A DNA stretch of 38,134 nucleotides, taken from Promethearchaeia archaeon. Lineage in GTDB: Archaea; Asgardarchaeota; Lokiarchaeia; Sigyniarchaeales; SOKP01. How positions within the stretch are numbered: the stretch's first letter is position 1; each line of letters opens with the position of its first letter. This document shows positions 7,573 through 16,912 of this stretch, in pieces. The position numbers were made by a program, and so were the translations under genes. The notes below the pieces were generated by a model. It was not told where the DNA came from. It ran no database searches and saw nothing but the letters and a program-made list of their open reading frames with translations. The stretch lies in contig JAHQWH010000085.1 of NCBI GenBank assembly GCA_029856105.1, positions 1 through 38,134 on the forward strand, given 5' to 3'.

Positions 7573-10221
7573 TTAACGCGTACTTTGAATAAAATGACGC
7601 TTTTTATTTTTTTCAATTTCCCACTTTTTACGCTCAGAACGAAGTTTAAATAGGTCAAGATCTTTATAAATTAAACTTTCTTCTCTGGGAGGTACAATTC
7701 TTTCGATTCTATCTTTTTCTGGAGTATATATAAGAGATTCTCCATATTCTGCTATATTTACAAAAAAGCAATAAGCATAAATAGATCTACGAGCATCAAA
7801 ATGAGCAGCCTTAAAATCAGCAGTTACTGGCGTATAAGCTGGATTTAAAATTAAGTCAATCGGGGGTTCGAAATTTTTTAATTCTACTCTTAAATCCATA
7901 TCAAGAAAATCCCGGCATATTATAATTGCTATTCTTCCATATTCAGTATTGCAAACAATAGTTTTACGTGGTAACGTACCAACATTTATCCCTTCTTCAA
8001 ATTTTTTACTTTGAAAATGTATTATTGCTGGAATATGTTTCTCTTGCTCCCAAAGAATTCCTTCTGGTCCAATTACTTTGCAAACATTACGATTATTTTC
8101 TATGTTATGGAACGAACCGGGAATAATGTACATTTCATATGATTTTGCTAAATCTGAAAGTTCTTCTAAAATTTTACCATAATTTAGATCAATAGCCATT
8201 TCTGGGAAGACTAAAATGTTGATTCCTTTGTTATAAGCTTGCTCTATCATCATTCTAACCTTTTTCTGGACTAAATCAATTTTATCTACTTTTATTCCGA
8301 TCAAACCCGATCCTTTTTCTTCGTAAAATTCACTCAATAAATCACCAGAAGATGATACTCCTATTTGAGCTATACCTATCCTACATTCCCTTTTTTGGAT
8401 CTTAGAATATTTTTGCATTAAATCTTTATAAAGCAATTTATATTTCTTTTTGGTACTTGAAATATCCTTTATCTTTCTACTCGTCTTCTCAGATAAAGTG
8501 GGTGGTAATATCTTTAATGTGCTTTTAGATAGTGAGGGTTCACTAATAGTATCTAGGGCAGAAATAATAATTTTTTCTTCCTTTTTCACCAACTCTAAGC
8601 GTTCCATTACTTCTTTTTCTTTATCTTTATACCCTGCTTTTTCAAATAATTGGGCTGCTGATTTAAGCATGCCCGACCCTATATCTAATAGTCTTTTCTT
8701 TTCATCAAGTTTAAATTCTTCATCTGCACTAATAATGTACCATGTTGCATCGAAAAATGTTGATGTTGCGAGAGCCCAATCTGCTTCATTTTCAAAACCA
8801 CCTTTATGATATGAATTTGCGGCATTTCTCAACATCATTTTAATTTCAGGATAATATCCCGCTTTTTTAGTTTTATCAGTTGATTTATCAAATTTGGATC
8901 CTAATTCTAAGGCTTGGCAGAATGCAGCATTTCCTAAAGCTAATGATTTATATTTCAAATCAGTGAAATAATCGCTTGCTTTATTAAATAAGTCAGCGGC
9001 TTCAGCATACTGATTAGGGTCTTTACATTCTTCAGCTAATTCCATACATTCCCAAGCCTTGCAGAGATGGAAAATTGCATTCAATTCATCGTTATCTTGT
9101 ATATTTTCTATATGGGAAAAAAGTTCTTTAAATTGATCTGCTGCACAAGAAAATCTCTCTGCTGCGGAGACATAATCTCCTTGCTTTTCTAAAATTTTAG
9201 CTGCTTCAATTTGATCCCAGATTACAGAATAATCTATATTGATCTCCTCTATATTGGGAGTTTCTTCTGATTTAATTTGTTCAACTGAATTGACCTTAGT
9301 TTCATCCTGTTTTATATTTACATAATTTTTTTCTTGCTTATCTAAAACAAAATTCTTTAGAATTTCCCTTAAAATTGAAATTAATTTATTTTTAGAATCG
9401 TCTTTAATTGCTGAAAATCCAAATGTCTTAATATTAAATGTTTCTTCAATTTTCTGAGGTTTAAACGCAGTATCTTCAAGATCTTGAAAATTTGCAATTA
9501 AATAAAGATCAGCTTTCCGAAACTTGGCCTTTAATTTGGAAATTAACTCTTGAGTTCTACCCAAGTTACTTGCTGCAGAATTAGATACAATAAGCACTAT
9601 ATCGCTCGATGTTAATAAATCTTTATAAAGGTTAGAACTATTTGCTAACTTACTTAAATCGACTTCTCTGATTGAACATTCTTTAATCCCATTCAAATTG
9701 TTGATTTTAATTGATTTATTAACGATTTCATTTAATTCGTCATCTAATTCTATTATAGTTTCTCCAGGTAAAATTTCAATAATTGTTGTTTTACCTACAC
9801 CAAATTCTCCAGTCATTAAGATTTTGGGAGGTATGAAAATGTTTTCTTCAACATATTTATCAAATTCTTTAAACACACTAATATCTCCAGACCAATTTTC
9901 GAGATATCGTTTATATTTGTTTATGAATTCATTCTTCATTAAATCCACTTTACTTTTAGCTTCATCTTCCAAATCATCTTTATCTATTACAATAATAAAA
10001 ATTAAATTATAATCAACAGAATATGAATAAATAAAATTAAATTCCCTAAAGAGAAGAGCTTTAACTTCACCACCCTTTATTTCTTTAGCAAAATCACTAA
10101 ATGCTTTGAGGAAACCACTAAGTATACCCTCATCGAAAGCAATTTTTCTAAAAAAACTTTTAGAATAACAAAGGATTCCTCCGAAACCAATTATGAATAA
10201 CTTTAATATCACTAAATCCAT
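7573..10221 (-). CDS. Fusion protein: longin-like domain, degenerate small GTPase, TPR/SNAP-like helical repeats, nitrilase (carbon-nitrogen hydrolase) domain
   Basis: Longin-like N-terminus; P-loop [10 protein letters not shown]4-like ANFQD, G5 SAI; Ala-rich helical repeats; nitrilase triad VFPE / QEKH / IICRDF. Confidence 0.85.
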   Translation of the reverse strand: MDLVILKLFIIGFGGILCYSKSFFRKIAFDEGILSGFLKAFSDFAKEIKGGEVKALLFREFNFIYSYSVDYNLIFIIVIDKDDLEDEAKSKVDLMKNEFINKYKRYLENWSGDISVFKEFDKYVEENIFIPPKILMTGEFGVGKTTIIEILPGETIIELDDELNEIVNKSIKINNLNGIKECSIREVDLSKLANSSNLYKDLLTSSDIVLIVSNSAASNLGRTQELISKLKAKFRKADLYLIANFQDLEDTAFKPQKIEETFNIKTFGFSAIKDDSKNKLISILREILKNFVLDKQEKNYVNIKQDETKVNSVEQIKSEETPNIEEINIDYSVIWDQIEAAKILEKQGDYVSAAERFSCAADQFKELFSHIENIQDNDELNAIFHLCKAWECMELAEECKDPNQYAEAADLFNKASDYFTDLKYKSLALGNAAFCQALELGSKFDKSTDKTKKAGYYPEIKMMLRNAANSYHKGGFENEADWALATSTFFDATWYIISADEEFKLDEKKRLLDIGSGMLKSAAQLFEKAGYKDKEKEVMERLELVKKEEKIIISALDTISEPSLSKSTLKILPPTLSEKTSRKIKDISSTKKKYKLLYKDLMQKYSKIQKRECRIGIAQIGVSSSGDLLSEFYEEKGSGLIGIKVDKIDLVQKKVRMMIEQAYNKGINILVFPEMAIDLNYGKILEELSDLAKSYEMYIIPGSFHNIENNRNVCKVIGPEGILWEQEKHIPAIIHFQSKKFEEGINVGTLPRKTIVCNTEYGRIAIIICRDFLDMDLRVELKNFEPPIDLILNPAYTPVTADFKAAHFDARRSIYAYCFFVNIAEYGESLIYTPEKDRIERIVPPREESLIYKDLDLFKLRSERKKWEIEKNKKRHFIQSTR

Positions 10222-10329
10222 CCTATTTTACGTTTTTGTGATTAATTTAATAAAAGATAAAGTTATTAATTAAAGTGATTGTAAAATTTTTCTTAATAAA
10301 TACGAGAATAACGAACGTAGGTGCTTAAT

Positions 10330-10470
10330 ATGAATGAAAAAGATGCTAATCAAGAAGCGGATAATTCATATCCCCAAATAATCCTCTCTGAAAGTAAAAA
10401 AATACAAGAAAAAAAACCTCCGAATGAAAAAATCCTCTATTTCAATATTGAAGAAGATATTGGAGAGTAA
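10330..10470 (+). CDS. Possible 46-aa acidic small protein
   Basis: MNEKDANQEADNSYPQIILSESKKIQEKKPPNEKILYFNIEEDIGE with SD-like AGGTG upstream; not in the ORF track. Confidence 0.4.
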   Translation: MNEKDANQEADNSYPQIILSESKKIQEKKPPNEKILYFNIEEDIGE

Positions 10471-10509
10471 TATTCGAATACAGTTCCAAAACTTTTTTAA
10501 ATTGATTAG

Positions 10510-11088
10510 TTATACTTCTCTACTCATTTTTTGAAGTTCTAGTGATAATTTTTTGTGCTTATAATATAATTCATCTATTATTGCTTGAAATGCTTCAGTT
10601 ACACCCTCACCTGTTAAAGCTGAAGTTATGAAATAACCTAAAAATTCTCTTTTTCTAATTAATTTTAACACTTTTGACTCGTTAAGAATATTCTTATCAA
10701 TCAAATCTGCTTTGTTACCCAGAAGGATAATAGGGATCTTTCCACAGAATTTTTTAATATCATTATGCCAACTGGAAATATGTTTAAAACTGTCTTTTCC
10801 AAGTTGATTATCCTCAAGAGAATATACGATGATGGCAGCTCTACTTTCTTGATAAAATGAAGGGCGTAGAAAAAAGAATTCATCTTGTCCTGCTATATCC
10901 CAGAAATAAAGTGTACAAGTATCACCCTCAATATTTTGAGTATACTTAGAAAACTGGGCACCGATGGTTCGGATATAATTCGTTTGAAAACTTCCTTGAG
11001 TAAATTTCTTAATCAATGATGTTTTACCTACCATTCCATCGCCAATTACCGTTATTTTAAAAACAAATTCGCCTTTTGTGCTTGACAT
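10510..11088 (-). CDS. Rab-like small GTPase
   Basis: GDGMVGKT, RTIG, WDIAGQ, NKAD, TSAL; no C-terminal prenylation Cys. Confidence 0.93.
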   Translation of the reverse strand: MSSTKGEFVFKITVIGDGMVGKTSLIKKFTQGSFQTNYIRTIGAQFSKYTQNIEGDTCTLYFWDIAGQDEFFFLRPSFYQESRAAIIVYSLEDNQLGKDSFKHISSWHNDIKKFCGKIPIILLGNKADLIDKNILNESKVLKLIRKREFLGYFITSALTGEGVTEAFQAIIDELYYKHKKLSLELQKMSREV

Positions 11089-11239
11089 TGCTTTAATGAA
11101 TGACTCGTGAATTTAATCTTGAATCTATATATTTCTAATCAAGATCTTTTCTCATATAAAATTTTGTAACTTTAGTTCCTTTCAAAAATGTTTAAAATTA
11201 TTAAAAAATAATAAACTTAGTACTTTAAGGTGATTTGAA

Positions 11240-12031
11240 ATGGAACATAAGATAGAGCGTAAAATGGAAAGTATGTTTGGATTATTAGGAATTATCATCG
11301 CATTAAGTTTTATATTAACTGCGGCTATTTTAACTCCCGGTTATAACCCATTACTAAATACGGTAAGTTCTTTAGGAGAAGGAGTAGCAAAAACCTTATT
11401 TAGTATAGGATTTGTTATTGCCGGATCTTTAGGTATACCATTTTTTATTCAACTCGAAAGAGAACTAATAAATATCAAGGAAAGCATTAGAAAATTAGCT
11501 ACTGGAGTATCAATTTTCAGCTGTGTTTGTATAGGTTTAGTAGGAATAATCCCTGATAAGTCATATCTTGATTTATTTTTTGCTTTCCACTATTTTGTAG
11601 CAATTGTAAGTTTTGCAGGAACATCAGCTTATATTGGATTATATAGTTATTTAATGTACATAGGAAGCTCATTAATAAGCTACACTGGTCCTAAGTTTAA
11701 GAGATATTTATCTTATCTGGGAATGGTAATTGTTATCGTTTTTTTTTTATTAATCTTTTCTTTACAGCCTATTGTTGAATGGATATTAACGATCCTTATC
11801 ATTATTTGGATCTTAATTACATCAATTCAAATGCTCTCCTTCAAGTTTTTCAATATTCCAGGAGTATATTATAAAAAAGCAGATTATCCAAAAGCTTTAA
11901 ATAAATTTGAGCAAGCATTTGAAATTCTTAATCATCTTGAATTAACAGACGAGCCAATAATGAAGACACTTGAAGAAAATATCAGCTTTTTAAAAGGTAA
12001 ATTACAAGACAGTGAAAAAGAAAAACAATAG
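11240..12031 (+). CDS. DUF998 / Frag1-DRAM-Sfk1-like membrane protein with TPR-like C-terminal tail
   Basis: PGYNPLLNTVSSLG, GLVGIIP, H in FHYFVA, PIVEW; tail GVYYKKADYPKALNKFEQA is TPR-like; GGTGA SD. Confidence 0.75.
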   Translation: MEHKIERKMESMFGLLGIIIALSFILTAAILTPGYNPLLNTVSSLGEGVAKTLFSIGFVIAGSLGIPFFIQLERELINIKESIRKLATGVSIFSCVCIGLVGIIPDKSYLDLFFAFHYFVAIVSFAGTSAYIGLYSYLMYIGSSLISYTGPKFKRYLSYLGMVIVIVFFLLIFSLQPIVEWILTILIIIWILITSIQMLSFKFFNIPGVYYKKADYPKALNKFEQAFEILNHLELTDEPIMKTLEENISFLKGKLQDSEKEKQ

Positions 12032-12088
12032 GAGAAAAATCCTTATCTAAATTGTTAAGTTATAAAAATTTAAACAAATATACGCACT

Positions 12089-12297
12089 TGTTGAATGGTA
12101 AATATAAATATCAGAAATTTTAAGGCCTAATTTAAGTTTCTAGATAATTATCAAGTTAGATATGTAATCAGCCTTGGATATCCCGATGAAAAATCTATAA
12201 TAAGTCATATAAAGATTCATTTATTTATTGGAGAGAAAATAATGGCAGTATTTTTATACCTAAACGAGATTTGAATGATATCATTTATAAAAATATT
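12089..12297 (+). pseudogene. Decayed 3' half of a nitroreductase paralog
   Basis: C*MVNINIRNFKA*...YQVRYVISLGYPDEKS then, after a frameshift, YKDSFIYWRENNGSIFIPKRDLNDIIYK; matches the C-terminus of 1833-2408. Confidence 0.85.
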
Positions 12298-12321
12298 AAA
12301 AAAAAAAAGTTTTAAAGCAAG

Positions 12322-12380
12322 TTTACTTCTTAACATCTCTTTTTCCGTCTCTAACGCCCCCAATCACGTTAAGAAGTAAA
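12322..12380. repeat. Perfect 13-bp inverted repeat (stem-loop)
   Basis: TTTACTTCTTAAC (12322-12334) and GTTAAGAAGTAAA (12368-12380). Confidence 0.7.
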
Positions 12381-12414
12381 ATGCTATTCAATAGTTCTAG
12401 GTGTATTACTTAAT

Positions 12415-12448
12415 GACCCCTAGCCCCACCCTAGATTTTGTTTTTGGT
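12415..12448. repeat. GC-rich repeat, left copy (inverted partner of 14345-14379)
   Basis: GACCCCTAGCCCCACCCTAGATTTTGTTTTTGGT versus reverse complement GACTCCTGCCCCACCCTGGATTTTTGTCTTTTGGT. Confidence 0.75.
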
Positions 12449-12541
12449 TGTTTATAGAAAAAAGATCAAAAATCTTTTTTTAAACAATCTTCCCTTTGGT
12501 ACTTTATAACCTAACTCAAATTTAAGCTTTATTCCCCAGAA

Positions 12542-12580
12542 TTGAGGACAAATTCTGAAAATTGCATATTATGTCCTCAA
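12542..12580. promoter_or_regulatory. Inverted repeat, possible operator or RNA stem
   Basis: TTGAGGACA-N21-TGTCCTCAA, upstream of the putative regulator gene. Confidence 0.4.
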
Positions 12581-12822
12581 CATTGGAGAAAAATTATTGG
12601 TAACATTAAAAATGAGGTTCAGTTTTTCGTTTTGATAAATAATTTTTCTTTTATATATAAAATATGTTTTTTTAATTACCAAAAATTTATATAAGTTTAC
12701 AATCTTCTATTTTTTACTGATTTAACAATAAGAATAAAAAAAAATATTTGATATTCATAAAATAGCGAGTGGCGTATGGCTCGATATATAATTTAACAAC
12801 TAAAGCTTGGTATAATATTAAT

Positions 12823-13386
12823 ATGAATCTACAGAAAAGTTCTGCCAAAAATCCTAGCTCAAGTAAAAATAGTTTTAACTTAAATAATTTATCCATGCGA
12901 GAGTTTGAAACCTTCCTGATTTTTTTAAGGCACGAAGGAGAAGAATTAAGTGTTTTGAAAAAATTTATCGATTTGAGTTTTGATCATACAAGCAGAACAA
13001 AAGGTTATGATTACATCAATATTTTATGTAGAAAAGGCTTTGCATATAAGAGAACGATTCCTGAAAAGGGAAAAAATGTTACGAAAATTTTCATCAGAAA
13101 AAAAATTAGAAAAGAATACGAAAAATTCATATTACCCACGATTGGAAGCATAAAAGAATCGCTGGAAGATGTCTTCGAAGAATACATAGACGATCTTAAA
13201 GATGTGGAAAAAATACGCGAGAAATTTAGAGCATATACTGAAAATGTTATAGTATCAATTAGTAATTTACTAGTAAATGAGCCTGTAAAAACTTTAAATA
13301 GTAAACGATTCCATAAAAAACTAAATGACACGATTTGGAAATATTTTAGGGCTGAAATGCTAAAATACGAAATGTTTTCAAAATAA
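12823..13386 (+). CDS. Putative winged-helix DNA-binding protein
   Basis: LSMREFETFLIFL...SRTKGYDYINILCRKGFAYK resembles a wHTH; ATG 12823 preferred over GTG 12769. Confidence 0.6.
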   Translation: MNLQKSSAKNPSSSKNSFNLNNLSMREFETFLIFLRHEGEELSVLKKFIDLSFDHTSRTKGYDYINILCRKGFAYKRTIPEKGKNVTKIFIRKKIRKEYEKFILPTIGSIKESLEDVFEEYIDDLKDVEKIREKFRAYTENVIVSISNLLVNEPVKTLNSKRFHKKLNDTIWKYFRAEMLKYEMFSK

Positions 13387-13462
13387 AAGAGAATAATTTA
13401 TAAAATCTAACAAATAGTTCTAATTGTAAATATTTAATATCTAATTAAAAAACAGAGAAAAA

Positions 13463-14185
13463 TTGCTACTTCAGAGCGCGTTAACAGAAAGAATTATTAT
13501 AGTTAGTATATTCCAAATATGGCCAATTATTTATGAATCTTTTTTTGCGTATAAATTATTAAAACGCGCAACAAATCGTTCAACAGCCACTCTAAGTTGC
13601 CTTTTTAGTTTTAATGCACTAGCTTATTTCCTAACCTCTGCTTCAATCTTTCTTACAAATACCCCCTTTGCATATCTCTGCTATATAATTGGTTTTTTTG
13701 CGTTTATATTCGCTCATAGTTTTATAATAATTTTTAGTTGGCTTATCGCAAATCTTGACAAGAAATTATCTTCCAAGTATTATTTAGGGATTTTAATTTA
13801 TGGAATCTTATCAACTTATGTCTTCTGGATAGGAATATTTTTCGAAGGGATTCGATACGATTCTGGCACAATTTGGATACCAATTTTTAGCTGGTTATTT
13901 CTTTTTATCAGTTATAGCTATACAATAGTTTTTTTAATCGTTCCCGAAATAATATTAGCCGTAAAGCTAATAAATATATTTGAAGGTGTACCGTTAAAAC
14001 GAAGAATTAAATTGTTTATTATTAGCGTATTTTTAGAACTTACTATTGTACTTCTCTTAGTTTTGTATAATACTTGGATAAATGTTACTCCTTTTTTCAA
14101 GGTATTTTATCTATTTATAATGCCACCCTTAGGCATTTTAGCAGCTTTTTTTATTTACAAGAGCTTTGGAAAAGCATTAGAATAA
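13463..14185 (+). CDS. Stand-alone ~7 TM membrane protein
   Basis: About seven hydrophobic helices; similar layout to 21646-22380 and to the N-terminal part of 3910-4953. Confidence 0.7.
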   Translation: MLLQSALTERIIIVSIFQIWPIIYESFFAYKLLKRATNRSTATLSCLFSFNALAYFLTSASIFLTNTPFAYLCYIIGFFAFIFAHSFIIIFSWLIANLDKKLSSKYYLGILIYGILSTYVFWIGIFFEGIRYDSGTIWIPIFSWLFLFISYSYTIVFLIVPEIILAVKLINIFEGVPLKRRIKLFIISVFLELTIVLLLVLYNTWINVTPFFKVFYLFIMPPLGILAAFFIYKSFGKALE

Positions 14186-14260
14186 TTTAATTTGTACGCA
14201 TCTAAATTCTATTTTATACTCTTATACTTGATTAGATTAACACTAAATAGTTTAAAAGGT

Positions 14261-14379
14261 GACTCCTAGCCCCGGGACCTAATAATAAGGTCTGAAACTA
14301 AATAGGGAGAGAAGGGTGAAACGAAGTGTGCGTTCAAACACACTACCAAAAGACAAAAATCCAGGGTGGGGCAGGAGTC
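14261..14379 (+). repeat. 119-nt GC-rich fold-back element (MITE-like or small structured RNA)
   Basis: Ends GACTCCTAGCCCC / GGGGCAGGAGTC are complementary; internal hairpins GACCT/AGGTC and GTGTG-CGTTCAAA-CACAC. Confidence 0.6.
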
Positions 14380-14511
14380 TTTGTTAGGTGTTAGTTTTAT
14401 ATTTTTAAATCTAAGTTTCTATTTCTGTCGATTTTTAACTAATTCTCCCTTTAGTTAATAATTATTATTATAACAATGTATAATAAACTTTTGTGTTGTT
14501 TAAATTGAAGA

Positions 14512-15918
14512 TTAAGTTGAAGTTTTTTTTTTTGATATGATATTTTTTCGTTTTCTAATAATAATGAATGCCAGACTAGCAATGAGTATGACTGAGCTAG
14601 CACCTAAGAGAATATAAATTAATTGCACCAACGGATCGTAATTTATGCTTAAAGAAAGTACAATTGTTGTACTCCATTCTCCAGAAGTGAGATTTTTTGA
14701 TTTATAAAAAATATCAAAATCATAATCAGTTTTATTATAATCTGTTAGATCGGACCATACAAAATGAAGGATGTCATTGGTTCCAATCGAAATAGAAGGA
14801 TAAGTTGAATGTGATGTGCTCTCTTTTGATGCAATCTCTATATTACTCCAAGTTTCGGAAGAAATGTTTTTGTAGCGGTAACATATATCTACATCATCAC
14901 TAGAACCATCTTCCCAAGCGATGTGTATATTTCCGTATTGATCTAAAACCATGGTAGGACTATCCACCAGGTAACCCTCATAAACTATTTTATGAAATAT
15001 TTGACTGGTGTTTCTTATATATTTTGCATAGTGAACTTCGCGATGATAAGCCCACTCCATCCAGGTGAAATGTATATTATTTGCAGCATCGCATGCAATT
15101 TTAGGCTCTTCACAATCATTCCCTGAGAATGTTGAAATGATACTTGAATTCGTCCATGAACCATTGTTATTATATCTCAATTTATAAAGAACTTCACTTT
15201 CATCAATCCATGCAACTGCGATGTTATAGTCACTATCAAAAGTGATAGTTGGATTACATCTCATAGATGAGTTAGTTTCTAAAGTCAATATTTCTATAGA
15301 TTGCCAAGTTCCATGAGTAGCATTCTTGCATCTATATAGAAGATTAGGCTCAAATCCATCTCCTGAATAGTTACTCGAATCACACCAAACTATGTGAGCA
15401 TTGAAATTGTTATCTACTAAGATCCTTGGCTTAGAAGAGCCAGCCTTATTAAAGTCTGAAATAGTTTCGATAGGATTCCATTTGTTTTTACTGGTATTCC
15501 AATACCTATAATAAACACTGCTATAATCAAGATCTTCTTTCCATACAAGGTGGAGATTTTCTTTTTTATCAATTACAAATTCTGCATCCTCGAAAATGTT
15601 CTCAATAGGGGCATAAAGTGTTTTAATATCAGACCAATGTGTTGAATTCACGGGTTTTTTAGAATAATCTAAAATAAATTTCTGCATTCCATCAGATTCT
15701 TCTGATAAAGTCCAAGTTGTATGAATATTGTTTTCAAAATCAATATATATTTGGGGATAATAACATTCACATGTTCCAAATATTCCCGAACTTTTAAGAG
15801 AAGGTGATGAAACCTCGTAAATTTTGCCAATCTTAAAATTAGCTATTGATGGTGTAAAAAGAGTAAGGGATACTAAAAAAATCAATAAAATAAAATGAAA
15901 AGATCTTCTCGACTTCAT
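14512..15918 (-). CDS. Secreted, C-terminally anchored beta-propeller-like surface protein
   Basis: Signal peptide, seven repeats of h-x-h-D-x3-N-h-H-h-h-W, many N-x-S/T sequons, C-terminal TM helix with basic tail. Confidence 0.8.
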   Translation of the reverse strand: MKSRRSFHFILLIFLVSLTLFTPSIANFKIGKIYEVSSPSLKSSGIFGTCECYYPQIYIDFENNIHTTWTLSEESDGMQKFILDYSKKPVNSTHWSDIKTLYAPIENIFEDAEFVIDKKENLHLVWKEDLDYSSVYYRYWNTSKNKWNPIETISDFNKAGSSKPRILVDNNFNAHIVWCDSSNYSGDGFEPNLLYRCKNATHGTWQSIEILTLETNSSMRCNPTITFDSDYNIAVAWIDESEVLYKLRYNNNGSWTNSSIISTFSGNDCEEPKIACDAANNIHFTWMEWAYHREVHYAKYIRNTSQIFHKIVYEGYLVDSPTMVLDQYGNIHIAWEDGSSDDVDICYRYKNISSETWSNIEIASKESTSHSTYPSISIGTNDILHFVWSDLTDYNKTDYDFDIFYKSKNLTSGEWSTTIVLSLSINYDPLVQLIYILLGASSVILIASLAFIIIRKRKNIISKKKTST

Positions 15919-16054
15919 CTTCTTAATTTCATTTTGATTTATGTTAATTTATTTAGTCAACTTAAATATTTAATGGTATATATCTACTTATAATATTACT
16001 TGGTCTTGGATTATTAACTAATGTGAAGATCGGCGATTTGTAGAATTTTTAATA

Positions 16055-16785
16055 TCAAGATTTTTGAAGAACATTTAAAGCAATTTCTGTTGAAATTTTA
16101 GCTTCCTCGACAGTAACCATCCCAATTGTCGAGCAACATATATTATGTTTGGAGATATATTCATAAGCTTTGAGTGGCTCTAATTTACCTGCTGCTAAAG
16201 TTTTCATTCCTATAAAATAATGGTCTTTATGATTATTTACAATATTTTCTAACTTTTTTTGTTCTCCCATGTACATTCCTCGAGCGTTAAAGGGGATTAG
16301 AAAAGCTTTAACGTAAGGAATGTGTTCGAAAGCGTATTCTAAAGTAGAAACGGGGTTATGAGCGGCAATTCCGGGAATTATCCCTCTTGACTTAATATCG
16401 TCTAATAACTTTATTAATTTATCATCCTTCTTATCCGAAATCATTCCGTGCGCGAAAATTATCTTAGCATCAAGCTTTGCAAGTTCTTCAATTAAAGGAT
16501 CGGGTCCAGGAAAGGTAGAACCTGTTATTATAAAATCGTCGTGAGTTTCTGCCATTATTCTGGCAGCTTCACTAACTTTACCCGCGGGTATTAATTCTAT
16601 ACCACGCCCTCCAGCTTCATAGCACGCTTCTAATATCTCTAAGACCGCTTCCGTTTTATGTAAAAATTTTTTGCGGTAAATTCGGGCGTTTTTTCCGAAC
16701 TGCGTAGCCCCTAAAAAAGTTGAAGTCCCTGTCGAAACTAAGGGGATTTTTTGGCCTTCTATTTCGTAAAAAATAATATATCCAC
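16055..16785 (-). CDS. Aldo/keto reductase-like TIM-barrel protein; 5' end frameshifted or using a non-canonical start
   Basis: Frame is open ~75 codons upstream of 16555 (IPLVSTGTSTFLGATQFG...EAGGRGIE); GMKTLAAGKL motif; GTG at 16785 is one base out of frame across a T6 run. Confidence 0.65.
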
Positions 16786-16912
16786 TTTATTTTGTTAGTT
16801 TAAAGAAAAATTTATCAAAAAATTTTAATGAATTATAAAAAGATTAAAAACTATAAAAAGATACACATCCAAATTACATTAAACTAAATTAACTAAAGAA
16901 AAGTGTATAAAA

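Noticed and set aside
7548-7658. N-terminal extension of the JAMM ORF
   Set aside because: Overlaps the end of the 882-aa gene; ATG 7547 or 7541 gives a normal JAMM length
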